Assembly: GCA_030040955.1 (NCBI GenBank)
Contig: JASHSH010000365.1
Location: 1 to 27,442 of the forward strand
Direction of reading: 5' to 3'
Source of the DNA: Rhodospirillales bacterium
Lineage (GTDB): Bacteria > Pseudomonadota > Alphaproteobacteria > Rhodospirillales > Magnetospirillaceae
Length of the DNA stretch: 27,442 nt
The position numbers and the translations under genes are program-made. The notes beneath the pieces were generated by a model. It searched no databases, was not told the origin of the DNA, and saw nothing but the letters and a program-made list of their open reading frames with translations. Positions 16,439 through 24,024 of the stretch are shown in pieces; the first letter of the stretch is position 1, and every line of letters begins with the position of its first letter.

Positions 16439-18262
16439 ATGAATTCGGCACGGGCCCAGACATCGGCCCAGCAGGGAAACTCGACCGTAGCGCACGCGCA
16501 TCTGGCCGAGGCGCGCTCGCGGATGACGCAGGGCCGGTGGGACGAGGCCGAAGCGTTGCTCCGGAAATCCGTCGATGCGGATGATTCCCTCGTCGATGCC
16601 TATGGCGCCTTGGCGGAGATTTTCTGGCGCCAGGGCCGCTTCCTCGAATCCACAGCGATGAGCCACCAAGTGGCAAGCCGCGACCCGCGCGACGCAATGG
16701 CGCGGTTCCACCTCGGCGATGGACTCATGCAGCTGGGCGATTTCGATGAAGCCGTCGCCGCTTTTCGGGCCTCGATCGCGCTGAAGGCGGACTATGCGCC
16801 GGCGCATGTTCGGCTCTCGGTCGCGCTCGAGCGGCTGGGACGATACGAGGATTCGGCTGCGGCGGCCTCGCGCGCCGTGGCGATCGACGCGAGTTCGCCG
16901 GCGGCGCGCTTTCGGCTTGCCTTTCTGCGCCGCTCCGTCTGCGATTGGCGGGAGTTCGCGTCCGACGCGGTATTCATCCGCCGGTCGATTCGAGACGGTG
17001 CGGGATTCTTCCCCGGCGCGATTTCGCTCATGCCGGCGACCGCGGCGGAGCAGCTGCGCAACGCGCGCGACTTCGTCGCCGGTCTCGATCTGCCTCCGCC
17101 CATGCCGATCGTCTCGCGCGAGTCCAGAAGCGACGTGCGCATCCGGCTGGGCTATTTGTCGAGCGGATTGCGCGAGCATCCGACGGGGCGTCTGATCGCC
17201 GAGCTGATCGAGCTGCATGACCGAAAACGATTCGAAGTGCTGGGATACTCGCTCGCCAGGGACGACGGCAGCCGCCTCGGCGCGAGGATCGCGCAGGCAT
17301 TCGACCGGATCGCGTATATTCAGGACGGCTCCCAGGCGGAGTTCGCCGCGCGCATCCGCGACGACGAAGTCGATATCCTGGTGGACCTCAACGGTCACAC
17401 GGACGGCAACGGAATTCGCATCCTGGCGCGGCGGCCCGCTCCGATTCAGGTGAACTATCTCGGCTATCCGGGGACGATGGGCGCGGCGTTCATCGACTAT
17501 CTGATCGCCGACAAAATCGTCGTTCCCGAATCCGATCAGGACTCCTACTCCGAAAAGCTGGCCTATTTGCCGCACAGCTACCAGGTGAACGATCGCCGGC
17601 GGCCCATCGGCGAACCTACGCCCGCGCGCGCCGAACTGGGTCTGCCGGAGCACGGTCTGGTGTTCGCCTGCCTCAACGACCCGCGCAAGATCGTGCCCGA
17701 ATTCTTCGATCTCTGGGTGCGTCTGCTCGCAGCGGTGCCGGACTCGGTGCTGTGGCTGATGGGAGGGCGCGATGCGGCCGCGCGGAATCTTCGCCGCGAG
17801 GCCGAGCGTCGCGGCGTCGCGGAATCGCGCCTGGTGTGGGCGCCGAGGCTGCCGGCGCCCGAACATCTGGCGCGTGTCCGCCGGGCCGATTTGTTCCTCG
17901 ACACGCTGCCTTGCGGCGGACATACCACCTTGAGCGACACGCTGTGGGCCGGCGTCCCCGCGGTAACCTGCCTGGGCGACGCCTTTCCCGGGCGCGTCGG
18001 CGCGAGCCTGCTGCGCGCCGTGGGCCTGCCCGAGCTGGTGACCGAATCGCTGGCGGAATACGAGGCGCTTGCGCTCCGCCTCGCCCGCGATCCGTCTCGC
18101 CTCGCCGAACTGCGCCGCAGATTGCATACAAACCGGGAGATGGCGCCGCTGTTCGATACGCCCCGTTTCGTCAGACATATCGAGGCGGCATACGAGGAAA
18201 TGTGGAGAAACTGGCGCGCACAGCGGCCGCCTCGCCCAATAATCGTAAGAGAAACTCCTTAA
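16439..18262 (+). CDS. GT41 O-GlcNAc transferase-like glycosyltransferase with about 4 TPRs
   Basis: Probable start ATG 16439 (MNSARAQ). Motifs LGYLSSGLREHPT, DILVDLNGHT, PAPIQVNYLGYPGTMG, LNDPRKI and DLFLDTLPCGGHTTLSDTLWAG. Confidence 0.9.
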   Translation: MNSARAQTSAQQGNSTVAHAHLAEARSRMTQGRWDEAEALLRKSVDADDSLVDAYGALAEIFWRQGRFLESTAMSHQVASRDPRDAMARFHLGDGLMQLGDFDEAVAAFRASIALKADYAPAHVRLSVALERLGRYEDSAAAASRAVAIDASSPAARFRLAFLRRSVCDWREFASDAVFIRRSIRDGAGFFPGAISLMPATAAEQLRNARDFVAGLDLPPPMPIVSRESRSDVRIRLGYLSSGLREHPTGRLIAELIELHDRKRFEVLGYSLARDDGSRLGARIAQAFDRIAYIQDGSQAEFAARIRDDEVDILVDLNGHTDGNGIRILARRPAPIQVNYLGYPGTMGAAFIDYLIADKIVVPESDQDSYSEKLAYLPHSYQVNDRRRPIGEPTPARAELGLPEHGLVFACLNDPRKIVPEFFDLWVRLLAAVPDSVLWLMGGRDAAARNLRREAERRGVAESRLVWAPRLPAPEHLARVRRADLFLDTLPCGGHTTLSDTLWAGVPAVTCLGDAFPGRVGASLLRAVGLPELVTESLAEYEALALRLARDPSRLAELRRRLHTNREMAPLFDTPRFVRHIEAAYEEMWRNWRAQRPPRPIIVRETP

Positions 18263-18274
18263 TCTACTGTCAAA

Positions 18275-18303
18275 CTTGCGTAAATCGCGGGTATCGGCTA
18301 TGC
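18275..18303 (+). promoter_or_regulatory. sigma70-type promoter candidate for the MBL-CNB-hemerythrin gene
   Basis: CTTGCG-N17-CTATGC, matching the CTTGAC-N17-CTATAT pattern. Confidence 0.5.
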
Positions 18304-18338
18304 ATTCCGCCGGGGACGGGGGCTGAGCGGGCGGATAC

Positions 18339-18362
18339 CGCGGCGCGTCTTTACGCGCCGCG
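18339..18362 (+). promoter_or_regulatory. perfect 10-bp hairpin in the predicted 5' UTR
   Basis: CGCGGCGCGT-cttt-ACGCGCCGCG, ending 2 nt before a GGAG Shine-Dalgarno-like site (18364-18367) and 15 nt before ATG 18378. Confidence 0.5.
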
Positions 18363-18377
18363 CGGAGTGCCGGGACG

Positions 18378-20990
18378 ATGTCGAGCTTGCGTAAGATTCA
18401 CGTCACCACCGGCGTGAGCTGGGTCGAGGCGCCCGAGGTCGGGTTGTACGTCCTGTGCGGCTGCCCGGCCGACTCGGTCAAGCATCTGATGCGGCGCGGG
18501 CTGATCGTCGAAACCGAAGCCGACGGGGTCTTCTTCGAGACCGGACCGAACGCGATCCTGCTTTCCGACGTCATGGTCCAGAACGGCGCGTTCTGCAATC
18601 TGGCCGAGTTCCCGGTCCTTCAGATGCTGTATCGCCAGGGGATGATCATCCCCGGCCATCCCAACAACAAGGGCGCCAAGCCCCTGCTCATCGGCCGGCG
18701 CGAGCAGGTGGACGCGCAGATGCGTTACATCCACCGCGGCAATTACGGCCTGCTCAGCCGCGACGAGATGGTCGCCGCCGGCACCACCCCCGAGACCGCC
18801 GACGAGTTGATGGCGATGAAGCTCGCCTTCGCCTTCGGCGCCATCCTCCATCCGGCCGACCTGATCGATTCGCTGACCGTCGCCGACTCGCCGGTGACGC
18901 TGCCCGGCGGCGTGATCCTGCGCCGTCTCGGGCTGAACCGATATCTGTTCGAACTGGGCGCGGATTCGATCGAGGTCGATCTCAACCTTCCACCCGGCAT
19001 CACGTACGAACCTCCCTACACGCTCGGCAATCACCGCATCGACCGGTCCTACTTCTCCGTGATCCATGTCGGCGAGGGCGACGGCTGGGACCCGAACCGG
19101 CCCTGCATGAGCAGCATCGTCGTGTTCCAGGGCAAGATCTACCTGATCGACGCCGGCCCGAACCTGCAATACAGCCTGACCTCGCTCGGCATCGGCATCA
19201 ACGAGGTCGAGGGCGTCTTCCACACCCACTGCCACGACGATCATTTCGCCGGTCTGACCACGCTGATGCGCGCGGACAAGCGCATCAAGTATTTCGCCAC
19301 GCCCCTGGTCTGCGCTTCCGTGAAGAAGAAGCTCGCGGCGCTGCTCACCATCGAGGAATCGGACTTCGCCGATTACTTCGACATCCACGACCTGGCGTTC
19401 GACGAGTGGAACAACATCGACGGCCTCGAGGTGAAGCCCATCCTTTCGCCGCACCCGGTCGAGACCAGCATCCTGATGTTCCGGGCGCTGTGGGAGAACG
19501 GCTATCGCACCTACGCGCATTGGGCCGACATCGCCTCGCGCGAGACGCTCTCGCGCATGGTCACCTCCGAGGGAGGCCCCGGCATCTCGCGCGATTTCTA
19601 CGAGCGGGTGATCGCCGACTATTCGGCGCCGGCCGACATCAAGAAGATCGACGCCGGCGGCGGCATGATCCACGGCCAGGCGGAGGATTTCCGCGACGAC
19701 GCCTCGCGCAAGATCGTGCTCGCCCATGTCGCCCGTTCGCTGACCGTCGAGGAGAAGCGCATCGGTTCCGGCGCGCCCTTCGCCACCGCCGAGGTGCTCA
19801 TCTCCGGCAGCCAGGACTTCATCTGGAGCAGCGCGTTCCAGCTGCTCGCCGCCTACTTCCCCAAGACCCCGCGTCACGATCTGCGGCTGCTCATCAATTG
19901 CCCGATCGCGGTGTGCAATCCCGAGACCATCCTTCTCCATCCCGACCATCTGGTCGACCAGATCCACCTCCTGGTCACCGGCGCGGTCGAGATGATCGAG
20001 GATACCTCGCATGTCAGCGGTGTGCTGTCGGCCGGCGCGCTGATCGGCGAGATGGCGGCGCTGGAGGGCGCGCCCGCCGGCAAGACCTATCGCGCGATCA
20101 GCTTCGTCCAGTCGTTGATGATTCCGGGCGATCTGTACCGCGAATTCGTGCGCCGCAACGGCTTGCTCGACGAGGTGATGACGCATGCGGAGCGGCGCAA
20201 CTTCCTGCGCGCGACCTGGCTGTGCGCCGAGGCACTGACCGAGACGACGCTGCACAACCTGGCCAAGGGGCTCACGGCGCGGGAGTATCCGGCCGGGGTC
20301 GACGTGCGCACCGGCGGATCGCTCGCCTTCCTGCGCTCGGGCACCGCCGAGCTGATGAGCGGCGGGCATTCGATCGAATCGCTCGGGCCCGGCGCGTTCT
20401 GGGGCGAGGAGTCCGCCCTGTTCGCCACCCCGCCCTTGTTCCGCGCCCGCGGCCGCGAGCCGATCCAGGTGTACCTGTCCGCGCCCGACGTGGCCCGTCA
20501 CGTGCCGGTGATGCGCTGGAAGCTGCTGGAATGCCACAAGCGCCGAGTCAACGCCGATATCGGCGAAGGCGGGCGGGCCAACGGCCGCGGCCTGCGCTGG
20601 CGCGAGGAGTACGGCGTGAACGTCCAGCGCTTCGACCATCATCACCGCAATCTCATCATGCGGGCCAATGCCGCGGTCGAGGCGATCGCCTGCGGCGACG
20701 GCCGCGCCGATGTCGATCACGCCTTCGAGGACCTGTTCGGCTATGCGAGCTTCCATTTCGGCGAGGAGGAGCGGCTGCTGGAGGCGACCGGCGCATCCTG
20801 GCTCGGCGAGCATCGGGTCAAGCATGCGAGGCTGCTCGAGCAGATATCGGAGCTCGAGCGCCGCTACCGGGGCCGAGGCCCGGAATCCGCCGGCGAATTG
20901 GCCGCCCAGCTCGCCGAATGGGTGGTCGGCCATATCGTGGCGGACGACCGGCGCACCGCCTCCTTCCTGAACGCCAAGGGCATCTACTGA
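18378..20990 (+). CDS. MBL-fold metallohydrolase + two cNMP-binding-like domains + C-terminal bacteriohemerythrin
   Basis: MBL motifs YLIDAG, HTHCHDDH (19221-19244), SPHPVE, ADI and AH. CNB-like segments GALIGEMAAL and GAFWGEESAL. The hemerythrin (about 20592-20990) has DHHH, HFGEEE, HRVKH and HIVADD. Confidence 0.88.
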   Translation: MSSLRKIHVTTGVSWVEAPEVGLYVLCGCPADSVKHLMRRGLIVETEADGVFFETGPNAILLSDVMVQNGAFCNLAEFPVLQMLYRQGMIIPGHPNNKGAKPLLIGRREQVDAQMRYIHRGNYGLLSRDEMVAAGTTPETADELMAMKLAFAFGAILHPADLIDSLTVADSPVTLPGGVILRRLGLNRYLFELGADSIEVDLNLPPGITYEPPYTLGNHRIDRSYFSVIHVGEGDGWDPNRPCMSSIVVFQGKIYLIDAGPNLQYSLTSLGIGINEVEGVFHTHCHDDHFAGLTTLMRADKRIKYFATPLVCASVKKKLAALLTIEESDFADYFDIHDLAFDEWNNIDGLEVKPILSPHPVETSILMFRALWENGYRTYAHWADIASRETLSRMVTSEGGPGISRDFYERVIADYSAPADIKKIDAGGGMIHGQAEDFRDDASRKIVLAHVARSLTVEEKRIGSGAPFATAEVLISGSQDFIWSSAFQLLAAYFPKTPRHDLRLLINCPIAVCNPETILLHPDHLVDQIHLLVTGAVEMIEDTSHVSGVLSAGALIGEMAALEGAPAGKTYRAISFVQSLMIPGDLYREFVRRNGLLDEVMTHAERRNFLRATWLCAEALTETTLHNLAKGLTAREYPAGVDVRTGGSLAFLRSGTAELMSGGHSIESLGPGAFWGEESALFATPPLFRARGREPIQVYLSAPDVARHVPVMRWKLLECHKRRVNADIGEGGRANGRGLRWREEYGVNVQRFDHHHRNLIMRANAAVEAIACGDGRADVDHAFEDLFGYASFHFGEEERLLEATGASWLGEHRVKHARLLEQISELERRYRGRGPESAGELAAQLAEWVVGHIVADDRRTASFLNAKGIY

Positions 20991-21033
20991 CACTCGTCCG
21001 CCAGCCCGGCCCCTGGCGCCCGCCGCGGTGCCG

Positions 21034-21063
21034 CTTGGCGGCTCTGTCCGCCTGACCTATTAT
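21034..21063 (+). promoter_or_regulatory. sigma70-type promoter candidate for the second MBL-CNB paralog
   Basis: CTTGGC-N17-CTATTAT (equivalently TTGGCG-N17-TATTAT) in the 143-nt gap between the paralogs. Confidence 0.5.
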
Positions 21064-21133
21064 TCGGTCGGAGGTAGGGCGCGGCCCACCGTGGGGGCGG
21101 GCGCGAACCAAAGGTGAACGTGAGTCGTCGCGT

Positions 21134-23368
21134 ATGGCGCGGCTGAGAAAGTTTCATGTCACGACCGGGGTTAGCCTGGTCGAAGCGCCCGAAGTCGGTC
21201 TCTCCATCCTCTGCGGCTGTCCCGGCGACGTGGTGAAACACCTCATGCGCCGCGGCCTGATCGTGGAGGCCGAGGCCAGCGGGGTGCGCTTCGAGACCGG
21301 GCCGAACGCGATTCTGCTGTCCGACGTGACGTTGCAGAACGGCATGTTCTGCAACCTGGCCGAATTCCCCGTTCTCCAGATGCTCTACCTCCAGGGCATG
21401 CTGCTGCCCGGGCATCCGAACAACAAGGGCCAGAAGCCGCTGCTCATCGGCCTGCGCGAGCAGGTCGAGACGCAGATGCGCTACATCCACCGCGGCAATT
21501 ACGGACTGACCAGCGTCGAGGAGATGATGGCCGCTGGCGCCGATCGCGCGCAGGCGGAAGAGCTGATGCGCATGAAGCTGCGCTTCGCCTTCGGCAGGAT
21601 TTTGCCGCCCGAGCAGCTGCTCGATACCCTCCATCTCGGCCGCGATCCGGTGACCGTGCGCGGCGGGCTCGAATTTCGCCGCATCGCGCTCAATCTGTTC
21701 CAGATCTCGCTCGGCGACGAGTCCGTCATCGTCGATCTCAACCTGCCCGACGAGCAGCACTATCCAGCGCCCTACACGCTCGGCAAATACAGCATCGACC
21801 GCGAATATTTCGCCGTGGTCCACAGCGGCGACGGCGACGGCTGGGACCCCAACCGGCCCTGCATGAGCAGCATGGTGATGTTCCAGGGCCGCGTGTACCT
21901 GATCGACGCGGGACCGAATCTTCACCACAACCTCACCGCGCTCGGCATCAGCGTGAACGAGCTGGACGGGTTGTTCCACACCCACTGCCACGACGACCAT
22001 TTCGCCGGGTTGACCGCCCTGCTGCACGCCGACCGGCGCATCAAGTATTACGCCACGCCCCTGGTGCGCGCCTCGGTCACCAAGAAGTTCGCCGCGTTGA
22101 TGGCGACCGACGACGAGGTGTTCTCGCACTGCTTCGAGCCGCACGATCTCGAGTCCGACCAATGGAACAACATCGACGGCCTCGAGGTGAAGCCGATCCT
22201 CTCGCCGCATCCGGTGGAGACCAGCTGCTACCTGTTCCGCGCGCCCTGGGAGGGCAGCTACCGCAGCTATGCGCATCTCGCCGACCTGGTCTCGCTCAAG
22301 GTGCTGGCCGGGATGCAGGCGACCAACGAGAAGCCGGGCATCGCCAAGAGCTTCTACGACAAGGTCGCCTCCGACTATTCGGTGCCGACCAATCTGAAGA
22401 AGATCGATATCGGCGGCGGGCTGATCCACGGGGTGGTCGAGGATTTCGTCGGCGACCAGTCCGACAAGATCGTGCTGGCGCACACTTCGCGCGAGCTGAC
22501 CGTGGCCGAGAAGGAGATCGGCTCCGGCGCGCCGTTCGGCTCGGTCGACGTCATCATTCCGGGCGACAATCATTTTGCCTGGCGCAATGCGTTCGAGGGG
22601 TTGCGCACCTGCTTCCCGTTCGCGCCGCATCACGACGTGCGCATGCTGCTCAACAGCCCCCTCGTCATCTACAATCCCGAGACCATCCTGATGCGCCAGG
22701 GTCAGGCGGTGACCCACATGTTCCTGGTGGTCACCGGCATGGTCGACATGTTCCGCGAGGGCTCGCCGGTGAACGGGCAGCTTTCCGCCGGCGCGCTGAT
22801 CGGCGACGCCGCCGCGATCCAAAGCGGCCAAGCCAACAAGACCTACCGCGCGGCGAGCTTCGTGCAGGCGCTGAAGATCTCCAGCGAGCTGTTCCGCCAG
22901 TTCGCCGAGCGCAACGGCCTGGTCGAGGAGGTGATGGCGATCGACGCAAGGCGCGACTTCCTCCGCTCGACCTGGGTGTGCTCCGAGGCGCTCACCCAGT
23001 CCAACCTGAACCGGGTCGCGCGCACCATGTCGGAGCGCAGCTACGCGGCCGAGGAGACGGTGGACACCGGCGGCCGGCTCGCCTTCCTCAAGGAGGGCAA
23101 GCTCGAGCTCTCCATCGGCAAGCGGGTGGTCGACACGCTGCTGCCCGGCGACTTCTTCGGCGAGGAGGACACGGTCCCCGAGTTCAACGGCTCGGCGCGC
23201 ATCCGCGCGCTCGGCCCCTCGCATGTCTACCTGACCGACCCCGACGTGGTGGCGCACGTTCCGGTGATGCGCTGGCGCCTGCTGGAGGGCTACCGCCGCC
23301 GCGCCCGCACCGGCGAGATCAAGGGCGTGAAGGCGCCCGCGACGTCCCCCTCGCCCGCCGCCGGCTAG
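21134..23368 (+). CDS. MBL-fold metallohydrolase + two cNMP-binding-like domains (paralog of 18378-20990 without hemerythrin)
   Basis: Colinear with the upstream gene, with HTHCHDDH at 21977-22000, GALIGDAAAI and GDFFGEED. It ends soon after the second CNB domain. Confidence 0.88.
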   Translation: MARLRKFHVTTGVSLVEAPEVGLSILCGCPGDVVKHLMRRGLIVEAEASGVRFETGPNAILLSDVTLQNGMFCNLAEFPVLQMLYLQGMLLPGHPNNKGQKPLLIGLREQVETQMRYIHRGNYGLTSVEEMMAAGADRAQAEELMRMKLRFAFGRILPPEQLLDTLHLGRDPVTVRGGLEFRRIALNLFQISLGDESVIVDLNLPDEQHYPAPYTLGKYSIDREYFAVVHSGDGDGWDPNRPCMSSMVMFQGRVYLIDAGPNLHHNLTALGISVNELDGLFHTHCHDDHFAGLTALLHADRRIKYYATPLVRASVTKKFAALMATDDEVFSHCFEPHDLESDQWNNIDGLEVKPILSPHPVETSCYLFRAPWEGSYRSYAHLADLVSLKVLAGMQATNEKPGIAKSFYDKVASDYSVPTNLKKIDIGGGLIHGVVEDFVGDQSDKIVLAHTSRELTVAEKEIGSGAPFGSVDVIIPGDNHFAWRNAFEGLRTCFPFAPHHDVRMLLNSPLVIYNPETILMRQGQAVTHMFLVVTGMVDMFREGSPVNGQLSAGALIGDAAAIQSGQANKTYRAASFVQALKISSELFRQFAERNGLVEEVMAIDARRDFLRSTWVCSEALTQSNLNRVARTMSERSYAAEETVDTGGRLAFLKEGKLELSIGKRVVDTLLPGDFFGEEDTVPEFNGSARIRALGPSHVYLTDPDVVAHVPVMRWRLLEGYRRRARTGEIKGVKAPATSPSPAAG

Positions 23369-24024
23369 ACCAGCACGACCAGCAGCCGCTTCGGCCCGTG
23401 GACGCCGTAGGCGAGCGTCTGCTCGATGTCGGCCGTCTTCGACGGGCCCGAGATCAGCAGCAGATTGGTGGGCATCGCGCGCGACCATTCCTGCTCGCGC
23501 ATCGCCTGCCACATCGTGTCGTAGATGCGCGCCACTTCGAGCAGGGCGATGTGCACCGGCGGCACGAGCGAGAGCGTGCGCGGCTCGTCGGCCGAGGGAA
23601 TGAGGATCAGGCTGCCGGTGGCGGCGATGCCGCCGAGCGTCGCGGTCAGCCCGGCGCCGTTCTCCGCGAACAGCGCGGCCTTCCACTCCGCCAACGGCCG
23701 GTCGTAGGGGATCAGACGCGGACCCGCGCCCAATCCCGGCCAGCGCTCGGCGATGCGCCGGCCCGGTTCGGTCCGGGGCGCCAGGATCAGCGAGGGCAGC
23801 GATTGCGCAACCATCCAGGCATGAATCGCCGGCACCCAGTCCGCTCCGCGCGCGTCCAGGAATTCGGTATGCACCGCCTCCATGGCGCGACGCAGGCGGG
23901 CGAGCCGTTCCTCCCCGCCCATGCCGATTCCGGCGACCGGGGCGAAATCCTCGTCCGGCGGCGTGACGGTCGCGGGCGCCCCGGCTCGAAGCCGGGTGAG
24001 AATGGCGGAGCGCGCGTCAGGCAT
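23365..24024 (-). CDS. lutC: lactate utilization protein C (LUD domain, YkgG-like)
   Basis: Start ATG 24024 (MPDARSAIL). Motifs IAATGSLIL, PRTLSLVPPVHIAL and LLISGPSKTADIEQTLAYGVHGPKRL. It overlaps the lutB stop. Confidence 0.92.
   Translation of the reverse strand: MPDARSAILTRLRAGAPATVTPPDEDFAPVAGIGMGGEERLARLRRAMEAVHTEFLDARGADWVPAIHAWMVAQSLPSLILAPRTEPGRRIAERWPGLGAGPRLIPYDRPLAEWKAALFAENGAGLTATLGGIAATGSLILIPSADEPRTLSLVPPVHIALLEVARIYDTMWQAMREQEWSRAMPTNLLLISGPSKTADIEQTLAYGVHGPKRLLVVLV

Noticed and set aside
16239-16697. 153-aa N-terminal extension on the RmlA-like ORF, which could look like a novel fusion
   Set aside because: It overlaps the divergent GT41 gene and promoter region, and RmlA similarity begins at ATG 16238.
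18351-23686. Very long antisense ORFs (880 aa at 18351-20993 and 900 aa at 20984-23686)
   Set aside because: They mirror the two MBL-CNB genes codon for codon. Strong GC3 bias removes antisense stops, and the translations have no domain motifs.
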